Assembly: GCF_004010195.1 (NCBI RefSeq)
Contig: NC_057750.1
Span: 11,631,144-11,695,143, forward strand
Reading direction: 5' to 3'
Source of the DNA: Chiloscyllium plagiosum
Lineage: Eukaryota
DNA: 64,000 nucleotides
Shown: positions 42,166 through 55,991 of the stretch, piece after piece
Numbering within the stretch: position 1 is the first letter of the stretch
Layout of the letters: each line of letters begins with the position of its first letter
The notes under the pieces: model-generated
Seen by the model: only the letters and a program-made list of their open reading frames with translations
Databases searched by the model: none
What the model was told of the DNA's origin: nothing
Made by a program: the position numbers and the translations under genes

Positions 42166-45019
42166 AAATTCTTTGGCTGTTGAACCAAGTCTGTCTTCTT
42201 GGGAAGACATAGAGAATTGAATTGAACTGCTTATAAGAAATGTCAAGGAGTTCAAAGGCGATTCATTGATAGCACATTATTTTAGGATGAGCTGAAGTTG
42301 TGAAACTTAAATTCGAAAGTGTGAGTGCCATCTCATTGCTCTAGCTCCAGTAAGGACATTTTTTGCAAACATGCGCTTGATTATAACAGATAAGTGGACT
42401 GGACTGCAATATGGAGGATGCTCTGATCGGTTTCTTGATGAGGAGAAATGTCTTCACCCAGAGAGTGCAGAGACTGTGGAATTCTCTGCCACAGGAAGTG
42501 GTTGAAGCCAAAATATTGAATATTTTTCAGAAGGAATTAGATTTAGTTCTTGGGGCTAAAGGAAGGAAGGGGTATTGGGAGAATGAGATGCGTAAAAGAA
42601 CGGGTAATATATCCAAGAGGAAATGCCCTTGACTTTCTTTTGTGCATCTCATTTATTAGGGGAAGCATTATGTTTGTTAGATATACGATTCTCACACTGA
42701 CTGTGAAAGCTGAATCTATAATGATCCAGAAAGCTGCTGCATCTGTCTGTCAAACAGGAAGCATGAGGTCAACATGGTGAGGTCATTAACAGTTAACAGC
42801 ATTAATTGTCTTTTTTATAAAATCAATAATAGGCTGATGATATTCTTTATATAAGTAACAAAGGAACAGGAAAAACCTGTTTAGCTCTTGTCCGAGAGAA
42901 ATTTAAGACCTTTCCCCACTTCCAGATTCCTAATGGTTCAGTGCACTGTTTGCTGATGTTCTGCAGCATCACAAACACTAACTCCATGCCAGCCTTGATT
43001 TACAAATTCACAGCCTTATTTGTAAACCCTTCTGTGATCGCACTCCTCTACCTCTGTAATGTCTTCCAACACGCAGCCATCTGAGATCTCTGTATTCCTC
43101 CAATTCTGTCATTGCCATTTTAATCGTTCCACCTCGAGGGCAACTGTGCCTTATCTTGCCCAAGCCTTAAGCTCTGCCTTAATACCTACCTCTCAGGTCA
43201 TGTTGTTGATCATCAGTCCTGATATCCTCTTGTGTGGCTCAATATGAATGTTTGATCATGCTTCTGTCAAATGTCATGGAATGTTACATTAGGTTTAAGG
43301 TGTATATTACTGCAGGTTGGAGTTATTCTTGGGTGACATCTCTGAGTAGAGAATGCAGCAACGATAGGGTCCTATATTTGGCCTCAGTACCATTCAGTTA
43401 GGATGTAGAAAAATCAATCTGCATTTTTGCTCTGTGCCATAGACACCCAAGAGTAAATATGCTGCTCGATTGCAGTCAGAATCGAGTTCAAATGTCATAC
43501 AGCTTATGGTCAAATTGTCTAACAGCATTCACGTCTGGGGTCACGTGTTGGCTGCTGTTTCTTGTAGCTACTCCTCCTGGAGACCTGCTGCCATGGTATA
43601 CTATGCTTATGCTCTGTGATACCCATCATCTACCTACGCTAAGGCCCTCCACTTTACACTCTAAAAGAGATCTCAGTAGCTCTGATCAAAAGCCTGAAAT
43701 ACTGACATTGTCTTTTCTGGATGAGTCCATTTCACTCTTGCAATTTCAAGCACCTATTTCTCTTGTCTTAAGTCTGCGTATAGACTTTGCGGTCTGCTTT
43801 AGCATCCACATTTACAAGGCCTCTATTTTCTTCTGTAATTCTTTATTTACTATCCATGTTTGTGAGGCAAGTGAATAAAACGGATTGTGTGAATGATATG
43901 GATGAGCGCACTCATGAGGTTCAACGCCATCCAGGAAGAAGCAGCCTGCTTGATTAGTGCCACATCCACCACCTTCAACTACTCTCCCTGTGGTGCTAAT
44001 GTAGCTTCCTGTAAAATGAACGTATGCAGTCTGCCTTAGCTTTCCCATGCGGTAGGAAGTACCGTATTTTGATACTTTCTCAGTTAAGACATTCTTCCTG
44101 AATTCCCTGAGACACTATCTTATATTTATGACCCCTACTTTCAGTTTCACCCACAAGTGGAAATATCTTCTCTGCATTACCCTTTTGAACTATTGGAGGT
44201 GGATAGTGCCCAAGAGACCAACAAGAATCTGCAACTTTAGATAAGGAAATGAGAACCAGGGGACAAGTAAAATGCACTCTCAGGAACGTTACTTCTCAGT
44301 GAGAACGTAGAAAATAACCAGCTCCATGACTAGCTGTTTGTCCCTAGACCTTAAACACACACCAGTTTAATTGAAAACCCTTTTATTATGTTTTTAAACA
44401 GGCTACAAAGAGTTAAATGTAACAGTCAGAGCTTCCTGAGCGTGTGTGTCACGTGGTTTGACATCTGCCAGTTTCTTTAGCTGTGGTTTATGACAGGTGT
44501 CGAGATAATATTTTTCAGCTTTCTTGTGCTTTCTTATACTGATGCACTCATTTTATTTCCCCAAGGAAGTGGACACGGCAAGCAAAGGCACCATTTATTG
44601 TCCACCCTAATAAAGTAGTGGTGAACATCCACAATTTGTGTAGTACTATTTCTCCCACAATGCTGTTGGGTCAGGAATTGCATGATTTTGACTTGAGATT
44701 TGTGGAGCAATGACTAAAAGATAGGAATGGAGATTAGAAGTGGTCGTGATCCCATACACCCACTTTCTGGGTGCTTTCCTGGGTGGTGAAAGTCAAGGGT
44801 TTGGGAGGTAATGTTAAGGAAGCCTCGGAAAGTTGTTGTAGATGGTGTACACAACAGCCATTGCCTGCTAATAGTAGACGGAGTGGACCTTTAAGATCAT
44901 GAATTGATTCTTGATTGAATGGCTTGCTTTTTCCTAGATGGTGTCAAACATCTTGATTACTGTTACAGGGAGATGGAGAGTATTCTATCACACTCTTGAT
45001 GCATGCTATGTTGAATGTG

Positions 45020-46490
45020 CAAGGACTTCCCATAGCTCTGTGGGAAGCTAGGGAAGTGATTTCTGGGCCCCTTGCTGAAATATTTGTATCATCGATAGCC
45101 ACAGGTGAGTTGCCAGAAGACTGCAAGGATGGCTAATGTTGTGTCATTATTTAAGAAAGGTGATAAGGAAAAGCCAGGGAACTATGCATTGGTGAGCCTC
45201 ACCTCAGTGGTAGATAAGTTGCTGGAGGGAATTCTGAGGGGTAGGGTCTACATGGATTTAGAAAGGCAAGGACTGATCAGGGATAGTCAATATGACTTTA
45301 CGTATGGGAAATTGTGTCTCACTTGAGTTTTTTGAAGAAGTAAAGAAGATTGATGAGGGCAGACAGTTTGACATTGTCTATAATGGACTTCAGCAAGGCG
45401 TTCAACAAGATTCTGCATGACAGGGTTGATTAGCAAGGTTAGACCATATGGAATCCAGAGAGAGCTAGCCAATTGGATACAAACTTGGCTTGAAGGTAGA
45501 GACAGAGGGTAGTGGTGGAGGGTTGTTTTTTGGACTGGATGCCTGTGACCAGCAGTGTGCTGCAAAGTTCAGTGCTGGATCCACTGCTTTTCATCAATTA
45601 TATGTAGGAGGAATAGTTAGTAAGTTTGCAGATGCCACCAAACTTGGAGATGTAGTGGGTAGTGAAGAAGGTTACCTCAGGGTCTAATGGAACCTTGATC
45701 AGATGGGCCAATGGGCTGAGGAGTGACAAATAAATGTTTGATTTAGATAAATGTGCTGTGTTGCATTTTGGAAAGGCAGATCAGGTCAGACTTATACACT
45801 TAATGGTAAGGTCCTGGGGATTGTTGCCAAACAGAGACCTTGAGGTGCAGCTTCATAGTACCTTGAAGGTGGAGTCGCAGGTAGAGAGGATAGTGAGTTG
45901 GGATGTTGCGCTATTACAGGACATTGGTGAGGCTACTTTTAGAATACTGCGTTCAATTCTGATCTCCCTGCTGTAGGAAACATGTTGTTAAACTTGAAAG
46001 GTTACAGAAACAATTTACAAGGATGTTGCCAGGGTGGAGGGTTTGAGCTATAGGGAGAGGCTGAATAGACTGCGGCTATTTTCTATGGAGCATCGGAGGC
46101 TGAGGGGTGACCTTATTGAGGTTTATAAAATCACAAGGGGCATCGATAGGGTAAATAGACAAGTCTTTTTCTCAGGGTAGGGAATCCAAAACTAGAGGGT
46201 ATAGGTTTAAGGTAAGGGGGGAAAGATATAAATGGGACCTAAGGGGCAACAATTTCATGCAGAGGGTGGTGTGTGTATATGGAATTAACTGCCAGAGGGA
46301 GTGTTGGAAACCAGTACAATTACAACATTTAAAAGGTATCTGGATGGGTACATGAATAGGAAGGGTTTAGGAGGGGTCTGGGCCAAATGCTGGCAAGTGG
46401 ATCACTAGATTAATTTAGGATATCTAGTTGGCATGGACAAGTTGGACTGAAAGGTCTGTTTCTAAGCTGTATGTCTCTATGACTCTATGG
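45020..46490 (+). mobile_element. HER1-like CR1, 5'-truncated
   Basis: ANVVSLFKKGDKEKPGNY, SKFADATK and the CTCTATGACTCTATG tail; same family as 34337-37502 in the opposite orientation. Confidence 0.92.
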
Positions 46491-47619
46491 GGAACAAACT
46501 CTGAGAATGAGGAGAAACAGAGGGTTATGAGTCTGTGACATTTTCCTACTCTAGAAAACAGTGGAGATTGGGTTTATTCAAGGCTGAGTCGGCGGGGGGG
46601 GGGGGGGGAAGGTTTGATCGATGAGGAGTGATTTGAGGGTCATTCCAGGCATGCAGAAAGCAAAGTGGAGCTGAGACCTCACTCAGATCAACCATCATCC
46701 TGTGGAATGACAGAGGAGGATCAAATCGACAAATGCTGCTTTTATATTCCCGTGAAAATGAGGAACTTAAATAAATCCACGTGTGAAATAGTGCTGGAGA
46801 AACTAATGGGACTAAAACGTATCAAACTTCCTGGAGCTGATGATCTCCATTCTTGGATTTTATAAGAAGTAATTGCAGAGATAATGATCAGCTTCTTCCA
46901 CAGAATCTCCCAAATCTATGACTGCTGTCAGCTGGAAGGACAATAGCAATGATTCACCCTGTGAGAAAAGTGTAAACGCAAGCTGCCTTTCATACCAACA
47001 TCAATTTTTCAATTGGACCTCATGGACATTTTACTGACAATAATGGTTGGAAGTCACAAATCACTTCAAAAATAATAACCCCAGCGCTCGGTCCTTATGA
47101 TATCAGTGTTGGTTTATCAACAGCACTTTTGGCTGCCTTTGGCTATCTTTTGTATGTCAGAAGATAGAGAGAAGAAGCCACTTCCTAAGATATAATCCTA
47201 ACCGGGCTTAAACCAGTATTTCCTTCCTTAAGTCAAGATGCTGTATATTTTGTGAAATAAATAATGTGTTCTGCATTGCTTTTTATGTCCTAGAAGTGTA
47301 ATCACTGTTTTTACGCAAGCCAAAACTCCTAGAAATAATGAGATAAATAAAAGACAATGGTTTTAAACTGTTTTGGTTGAAGGATGAATGATGGCATGGA
47401 TATTGGGAGAAGATCCACACTACCCTTTCAATACTGCTAGGGAATCTTTCACATCTACCTAAGAATTAATATCTCATCTGAAATACAAGACTTCAAGGAT
47501 GCTTTAAGGAAAGAGTGAAGGAGTTGTCCTGATGTTCTGGTCATCCTGCAACTAGCATCAGAATCAATAGATCATTTATAAAGTGCCATAAATTTCTCAT
47601 TCCTCCTTTATGTCTGTCA

Positions 47620-50088
47620 AACTGAGACGTGACTTCAAGTGGACAGGGCCTGGGAAATGAATATTCAAGGCTACACGTGCTATCGTAAGGACAGACTGAC
47701 GGACAGAGGGGGTGGGGTGGCCTTGTTGGTAAGGGACGATATTCAGTCCCTTGCGCGGGGGGACCTAGAGTCAGGGGATGTAGAGTCAGTGTGATTAGAG
47801 CTTCGAAATACTAAGGGTAAAAAGACCCTCTTGGGAGTCATCTACAGGCCCCCCAACAGTAGTCTGGATGTGGGATGTAAGTTAAATCAGGAGCTGAAAT
47901 TGGCCTGTCGCAAAGATGTCACTACAGTTGTTATGGGGGATTTTAACATGCAGGTAGACTGGGAGAATCAGGATGGTATTGGGCCTCAAGAAAGAGACTT
48001 TGTGGAGTGCCTCAGAGATGGATTCTTAGAGCAGCTGGTGCTGGAGCCGACTAGGGAGAAGGCAATTCTGGATCTGGTATCGTGTAACGAACCAGAATTG
48101 GTCAGAGACCTCGAAGTGAAGGAGCCATTGGGAAGTAGTGACCATAATACAATAAGCTTCAATCTGCAATTTGAGAGGGAGAGGGTACAGTCGGAAGTGA
48201 CAGTACTTCTGTTCAATAAAGGGAACTATGGAGCTATGAGGGAGGAGTTGGCCAAAGTTCAATGGTGTAATACCTTAGCAGGGATGACCGTGGAGGAACA
48301 ATGGCGGATATTTCTGTGTATAATGCAGAAGTTGCAGGATCAGTTCATTCCAAAAAGGAAGAAAGATCCCAGGAGGAGACATGGGCGGCCGTGGCTGACG
48401 AGGGAAGGAAAGGAACATATAAAGTTAAAAGAGAAAAAGTATAACATAGCTAAGATAAGTGGGAAAACTGAGGACTGGGAAGCTTTTAAAGAGCAACAGA
48501 GGATTACTAAGAAGGAAATACGCAGAGGAAAAATTAGGTATGAAGGTAAACTAGCCAAGAATATTAAGGAGGATAGTTAAAACTTTTTTAGGTATGTGCA
48601 AGGCAAAAAAATGGTTAGGACAAAAATTGGGCCCTTGAAGACAGAAACAGGGGAATATATTACTAGGAACAAAGAAATGGCAGAGGAATTAAATGGGTAC
48701 TTCAGATCTGTGTTCACTGTGGAAGACACAAGCAATCTCCCTGAGGTAACAGTGGCTGAAGGACCTGAACTTAAGGGAATTTATATTTGCCAGGATTTGG
48801 TGTTGGAGAGACTGTTAGGTCTGAAGGTTGATAAGTCTCCAGGGCCTGATGGTCTGCATCCCAGGGTACTGAAGGAGGTGGCTCGGGAAATCATGGATGC
48901 GTTGGTGATTATTTTCCAGACTTCAATAGATTCGGGGTCGGTTCCTGAGGATTGGAGGGTGGCTAATGTTATACCACTTTTTAAGAAAGGTGGGCGAGAG
49001 AAAGCAGGAACTTATAGACCAGTTAGTCTGACCTCAGTGGTGGGGAAAGATGCTGGAGTCTATTATAAAGGATGAAATTACAGCACATCTGGATAGTAGT
49101 AACAGGATAGAACAGAGTCAGCATGGATTTATGAAGGGGAAATCATGCTTGACTAAACTTCTTGAATTTTTTGAGGATGTAACTATGAAGTTGGACGAGG
49201 GAAATCCAGTAGATGTAGTGTACCTGAACTTTCAGAAAGCNNNNNNNNNNNNNNNNNNNNNNNNNNNNNNNNNNNNNNNNNNNNNNNNNNNNNNNNNNNN
49301 NNNNNNNNNNNNNNNNNNNNNNNNNNNNNNNNNNNNNNNNNNNNNNNNNNNNNNNNNNNNNNNNNNNNNNNNNNNNNNNNNNNNNNNNNNNNNNNNNNNN
49401 NNNNNNNNNNNNNNNNNNNNNNNNNNNNNNNNNNNNNNNNNNNNNNNNNNNNNNNNNNNNNNNNNNNNNNNNNNNNNNNNNNNNNNNNNNNNNNNNNNNN
49501 NNNNNNNNNNNNNNNNNNNNNNNNNNNNNNNNNNNNNNNNNNNNNNNNNNNNNNNNNNNNNNNNNNNNNNNNNNNNNNNNNNNNNNNNNNNNNNNNNNNN
49601 NNNNNNNNNNNNNNNNNNNNNNNNNNNNNNNNNNNNNNNNNNNNNNNNNNNNNNNNNNNNGAAAGACTGGAGTGACTGGGCTTGTATACCCTTGAGTTTA
49701 GAAGGCTGAGAAGGGATCTGATTATTAAAGGATTGGACACTCTGGAGGCAGGAAACATGTTTCCGCTGATGGGTGAGTGCCGAACCAGAGGACAGAGTTT
49801 AAAAATGCGGGGTAGACCATTTAGGACAGAGCTCAGGAGAAACTTCTTCACCCAGAGAGTGGTGGCTGTGTGGAATGCTCTGCCCCAGAGGGCAGTGGAG
49901 GCCCACTCTCTGGATTCATTTAAGAAAGAGTTGGATAGAGCTCTCAAAGATAGTGGAATCAAGAGTTATGGAGATAAGGCAGGAACAGGATACTGATTAG
50001 GAATGATCAGCCATGATTATATTGAATGGCGGTGCAGGCTCGAAGGGCTGAATGGCCTACTCCTGCACCTATTGTCTATTGCCTATTA
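47620..50088 (+). mobile_element. Relatively young CR1 LINE ORF2 spanning an assembly gap
   Basis: EN motifs GVIYRPP, VMGDFN, GSSDHN; RT motifs KSPGPDGLHP, YRPVSLTS, QHGFMKGKSC; (CTATTG)n tail; few lesions. Confidence 0.95.
49241..49660. other. Assembly gap (420 N)
   Basis: Run of N. Confidence 1.
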
Positions 50089-50288
50089 GGACACAACATT
50101 TAGGCTGTCTTTCTTTGACAGTTTCTCATGACTAAAGTAATTAATCAATTTCCCCAAATGACAGTTGTCTTATACAGAAGGTGACTTCAGGTGAGTGGTA
50201 CAACAACCAGATCTTGTGCCTATTTTGTATCTATATTAATGTACAAATTTTCCAAGGGAGAGGAGGTGGTGTAGTGGTAATGTTCCAG

Positions 50289-50850
50289 GTTAGTTTGGAG
50301 TATTGCGTGCAATTCTGGTCTCCTTCCTGTCGGAGGGATGTTGTGGAACTTGGGAGGGTTTGGAGGGGATTTGCAGGGATGTTGCTGGAGTTGGAGGATT
50401 TGAGCTGTGGGGGGAGGTTGGGTGGGCTGGGGTTGTTTTCCCTGGAGCGTCGGAGGCTGAGGGGTGACCTTGTAGGGGTTTGTAGAATCGTGGGGGGGCA
50501 TGGATGGGATGAATGGATGGGGTCTTTTCCCTGGGGTGGGGGCAGTTTGGAACTGGAGGGCGTGGGTTTAGGGTGAGAGGGGAAAGATGTGGAGGAGACC
50601 TGGGGCGGGAGGGGTGACTTTTTCCCACAGAGGGTGGTGTGTGTGTGGAGTGGGCTGCCAGGAGAAGTGGTGGAGGCTGGTACAATTGCAACATTTAAAA
50701 GGCATCTGGATGGGTATTTGAATAGGAAGAGTTTGGAGGGATATGGGCCGGGTGCTGGCAGGTTGGACCAGATTGGGTTGGGATATCTGGTCGGCATGGA
50801 CGAGTTGAACTGAAGGGTCTGTTTCTGTGCTGTACATCTCTATGACTCTA
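50289..50850 (+). mobile_element. HER1-like CR1 3' fragment with dense A>G substitutions, inserted in a family-B SINE head
   Basis: LEYCVQFWSP...LFSLERRRLRGDL translation with Gly/Arg/Val/Cys replacing A-rich codons; normal tail CTCTATGACTCTA. Confidence 0.92.
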
Positions 50851-52429
50851 GTAAATCCATCATACCATGCTGGGGACGTGGGTTCAAATTTGAATTCAAT
50901 GGGAAAAAAAAACTTCGGTGCAATGGTAGTTTCCCTACCACTGGGTTCAAGTCTCAAATGCTCCAGAAATGTGATGACACAACTGTTCAGGTTGATTAAA
51001 AATACGCTACAAGGTTCAGTGATCAGGAATAACCGATTCTCTTTACCCTCACTAGATTCCCAATCACTAACCCCCCTATTCCTTCTATCAATTGACAATC
51101 TGAAGTTGGTGGTTATAGATCAGTTTCAAACATACAAGCGAGTTAAACGAAAATTCTTTAAGCTGAACAGTCTAACCTTGCAGTTGAGGTGATCATGTAT
51201 CAAAGAAATGATGGAAATCCCCTTCCCTGTGAAAGAATGAAAAGAGGTAGGAGGGGAATTCTTATCTTTGGACTAAATCATATAACAAGTCATTTGTTAA
51301 CCCTTTCAGAACATGAAAGTACTTGATAAATAACCACGCGTGGGTAACCGAAACAGAGAAGTAAACTACAAAGAGATGCTCACAATTACTTGTCCAAAAA
51401 ATTCTACAAGCTTGAGAGTTGATGATCTACCTTGAAATAAAAAAAAGCTTATTTCTGTTGTGGCTTTTCATGACTTCAACATATCTGTATTGCATACATA
51501 CAAAGAGGTACATTTTGATGTCGAGCAGTTGTTGGGTGTGTCAGCTGTGACTCAGTTAGTAGCATGGTTGCTTCTTCATCATAAGGTCCCACTCCAGGAG
51601 TTGAACACAAAAGCCTGCACAGTTACTGCAGTGCTGTGCTATTGAAGGTGCTGTGTGTGGAAAAGGTGTTAAACCATGGCCCTGCTCGGGTGAAGGTAGT
51701 AGATCCAATTTTAAAGAAGAACAAGGGAAATATCAAACAGAAGTCAACTTGTTGAGTTTGAACCTGTGGGTATTCAAAGGAAATTTAAGGAAAGGATAAA
51801 CTGCATTGTATACTGTTCATAGGTCACATAACAGCAACTCACCAAGCTTATTTTAATCATCTCTCCCAGCCCTGCGATCTGCACCATTCAGATGGTATAT
51901 AATTGGCTATTGTGAGTTTCTCAAATTCATACACCATCCTATGGCATGGTTCTTGCTGGGTCAAAATCCCATACCCGCAACACCTCCACCATTCTCTCCT
52001 GCCTGGACACACACTGACTGATCCCACCCTGATCCAGAGACTGCCTTTGAAGAACAAGAAATGACCATTTAGCCCTCTGTACACCCAGTCAACTCACACA
52101 CATCTTCAAGTATCCTCTGCCTTTTTCCAGAAGGAAACCTTCTGCTCAGATTCTTGACTGCCCCTGGCCCAGGTAAAACCAGATCTAGCCTTTACCTTCA
52201 GTCGTTCAAGTGAGGTTAATCATAGAAATGCCCTGCCCCATCTCACATTTGCCAGTCTTTCACTGACAATCTCCCTATCCAGTTCAACCCAGCTGCTCAA
52301 ACACCTTGTTTACTTTCTCAACCTTTCATGCAAGGGTGTACTACTCTTATCAAAACCCTCCAAAAATTACAATCTGCAGCAGAGCAATAAAAAACAAAAT
52401 CAGCTAGTCCTTTGGAAGCACAGAACTTG

Positions 52430-52870
52430 AGTATTGCTGAGAAAAAGACATATTGTGTCAAAGTGTTTCACCTGGCAGTCATCAGGAGAAAGTCATAAGA
52501 GTTACGATTATAAAGGGAAAGCAACATTTTTACTGTATGCAGATTGGTGGAGTCTGACAGATAGCAACATTGCTATGGAGAATGCAGAAGTTAACGATGA
52601 CTGACAGTTAACTGACAAACTTTTAAACTAGGCAGGTTGATTCTGATTGGTCAATACATTGTCCTGAGAAATTAACCAGGAAATAGCTATCGCCTCCTAT
52701 GATGAGTTGAAACAGGCACAGTATGTGGACATGTCTTTTCTGTTTACAAATAACAAGGCCCTGTGTACTAATATGCAAGTATGCTATACTGTTAGTCTAA
52801 CTGACACCCTTGAATTTACTCCCAGAGTAATTCTTCACATTCTCTGGATTATATAACAAATGTTATCCAA
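52430..52870 (-). mobile_element. Possible old Penelope pseudo-LTR fragment
   Basis: Minus-strand CTGATGA-N9-GAAA at 52485-52466 near a T-rich end; decayed, helix II not convincing. Confidence 0.3.
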
Positions 52871-54274
52871 TTGCAGACTCAAATGGAATGTTGATTATTG
52901 TTTTGTACGTGAAGGCTGGTTGGGTGTGGTCAGTCCTTGGCTTGTTGTGAATAACCAAAGTGATTAAGTATTCAACAAATTCAGTTCATTAATTTTTATC
53001 ACATAAATTCTTTTCCATCCTGATTTTGATCAATAATTTGGGATGTTCATCATCCACAGCCTTAGTGATTTAGGGGCCAATTCCTTAGAAATATTCAAGA
53101 GGGAGCTGATGTGGTCCTTGTGGCTAAAGTGATCAAGGGGTATGGGGAGAGAGTGGGAGTGGGCTGCTGAGATTGCATGATCATGTTGAATGGTGGTGCA
53201 GGCTTGAAAAGCTGAAGAGCCTAATTCTGCACTTATTTTCTACGTTTCTATATAATGATACCAAGAGTCCATATATTCCCAAACTTCCTTTTATTATTTG
53301 AAGCAATTATTATTTTTTTCATCAAATTCATTAATTGTATTCAAAACATAATTAATGATGCACATTTCCATGGCTACCTGGATCAAGGATTGTCTTTTTG
53401 TAAAACTGCATGAGCAGAGCAAAGTGATGGGTCAGAAGATCCCAGGCCAAGATAGCACCAGGGTGTGGGGGCATGGTTCAGGAATGTACAGAGGTGTAGG
53501 GAATAAGATTACTTTGGAAGCACACACATGCAATCTCAATAATGGCCATTTAGCATTATATCCATTGGGGTAATAGCTCATCTAAGTTATATAACCCTTC
53601 CTGAACTATCCATTGTAATGATCCGAATCTATCCATTGTAGCTATTTTCCCAACAAGCTTTAAGATCATTCTCCTATTTATTCCCTTAGATCATGTCCCA
53701 TTCATATAAACCCTTTCATTTACTGGGCTCATCTTTTTAGCTATCCAATGTAGCCATTCCCCATTAATTCATAGGCACCCCCTCTATACATCCACAGCAC
53801 CTGTTTATACCTAATGGGTTTATATTTATGACTTGGTTAACCGACTGATGTAAACATTTCTAATTGCATCACATGAATGGATTAACAGCCTCGGTTCTGT
53901 AATCGACAGGGATTTTTTGATAGGTGGTAAAATTAGTTTACTGAATAATTTCAAACCCCAGGTGATAAATTCAGTTCCTTTTATTTTAAATAACCGAAAG
54001 CATATTGAGCAGAATGGCCTACTCTGCAGTGTGCACTCAAACAGAACACTTGCCCTGTCCTGATAATGATTGGGGCCACACATTGTGTAAGTGCTGGGTG
54101 GATAGTTCAAGCAATCCACCTCTTCTGTCATTATCCCTTCAAGAGAAGCCATTGAACAGATTAGGAGCTTCAAGGATAGGATCAGATTATGTTGGAGTAA
54201 AGGAGACTCTGTGAACCTTCAAAAATCATGGGAAAGACCCCGGGTGCAGCTGTCTCACACCCCCCTTTCCAATA

Positions 54275-55150
54275 GATGATTGCCTAGTGGTACTATTGAT
54301 GAGATTACTTACAGTGTGGAAACAGGCCCTTTAGAAAAGATTTACAAGGATGTTGCCAGAGTTGGAGGATTTGAGCTATAGGGAGAGGCTGAACAGGCTG
54401 TGGCTGTTTTCCCTGGAGCGTCGGAGGCTGAGGGAATAGGAAGGGTTTGGAGGGATAAGGGCCAGGTGCTGGTAGGTGGGACTAGATTGGGTTGGGATAT
54501 CTGGTCGGCATGGACAGGTTGGACCAAAGGGTCTGTTTCCATGCTGTACATCTCTATGATTATGACTCTAAGTCCACACCAACCCTCCGAAGAGTAACCC
54601 ACCCGGACCCATTTCCCTCTGAGTAATGCACCTAACAGTATGGACAAGTTAGCATAGCCAATTCACCAGGCCTGCACATCTTTGGACTGTTGGAGGAAAC
54701 CGGAGCAAACCCACGCAGAGACAGGGAGGATGTGCAAACTCCATACAGTCGCCCGAGGCCGGAATCAAACCCAGGTCCCTGGCACTGTGAGGCAACAGCG
54801 CTCACCACTGAGGCACTGTGCCACCCCACCATGCAGTCCACTATTGGATTGTTAATTCAGAGACCCTGCTAATGTTCTGGGTCCTGGGTTTGAATCCTGC
54901 CATGGTAGATGGTGGAATTTGAATTCATTACATATCTAGAATTGGGTGTCTAATGATGACCGTGAAACCATTGTTGGAAAAACCCATATGGTTCACTCAT
55001 GTCCTTTATGGAAGAAAACTGCTACCCTTACCTTGTCTGGCCTACATGTGACTCCACAATAATGTGGTTGACACTTACAATAAATGCTTTTCCAGCACCA
55101 CTCTAATCTTGACTCTAATTTCCAGCAGCTGCAGTACCCACTTTCGCTTG
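54275..55150. mobile_element. Nested cluster: family-B SINE (+) containing HE1 (-, ~54300-54826), itself containing an internally deleted HER1 tail (+, ~54333-54570); Penelope end piece at ~55086-55145
   Basis: Each host sequence resumes after its guest; ACTATTG is repeated at 54292-54298 and 54840-54846. Confidence 0.75.
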
Positions 55151-55991
55151 CCTGACTATTTGGACTGAGACAAACACATTCACCCACACTCTATCAAGCA
55201 TCAAAGGAGTGGGCAGCAAAGGGCAAAGTTGTTGACCCTACAGAATTGCCCTGGAGTCTCCAGGAATTAAACTCTTAACTTCAAAGTACTGAAACAAGCA
55301 ATCCCGATTGCAACAAAATACAGTTTTAAAAAAAAGTTTTTGCTGTTACTAATAATAAACTTAGGATAGATGGGAAATTCCTGAAAAAATTACTATCCTA
55401 TTGGCAACAAAGGTAGTGCATAGGCTATTGGGTGACAAGTGATGAGGGTGTGGATCAGGGTGATTCTCGCTAAGCTTCAGGAGGCTGGAGATGGAACTAG
55501 CGATCCAGAAACCTAGATTCCAGTTCTGAGGACGTGGGTTCAAATCCCACCATGGCAGATAGTGAAATTTTAATTCAATTGTTAAAAAAATCTGGAATAA
55601 AGTTGACCAAAGTCTATTGTCAAAAACATCCATCTGGTTCACTGATGTCTTTCATGAAGAAAATTTGTCTTCCAGGTGATAATTCAGGAATGTCCAAGTA
55701 GAGTTGCTTCTAAATGAAGCCCAGAAGCCATCCCCATATGAGACAAGTGCTTCCCTGCACAAACAGGTGGTCATTCAAGATCTTGCTGTCCGTGTATTAA
55801 CTCACAGCATTCACTATTCACCCATTATCCCTGTGCTCCCTCATTGGCTCCTGTTGTGTAATGGTGTAGCCATGTTTGCGCTCCTCCTGTGATGTCAGTT
55901 CTGGCCTCTTGAGCTCCAGTATTGGTGACTGCCTGTAGCTGCCTAGTCCCTAAACTCTGGAATTCCCTCCTGAAATGTGTCTCTCTACACG

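Noticed and set aside
49050..49962. Long ORFs of 219 and 259 aa
   Set aside because: Artefacts of translating through the N gap inside a CR1.
47620..50088. Active autonomous LINE
   Set aside because: 5'-truncated, with in-frame stops (e.g. 48578-48580), a frameshift near 49050-49075 and a gap in RT.
50181..50813. Gly-rich and Pro-rich ORFs on both strands as a novel gene
   Set aside because: They lie in a CR1 fragment whose A>G changes removed stop codons.
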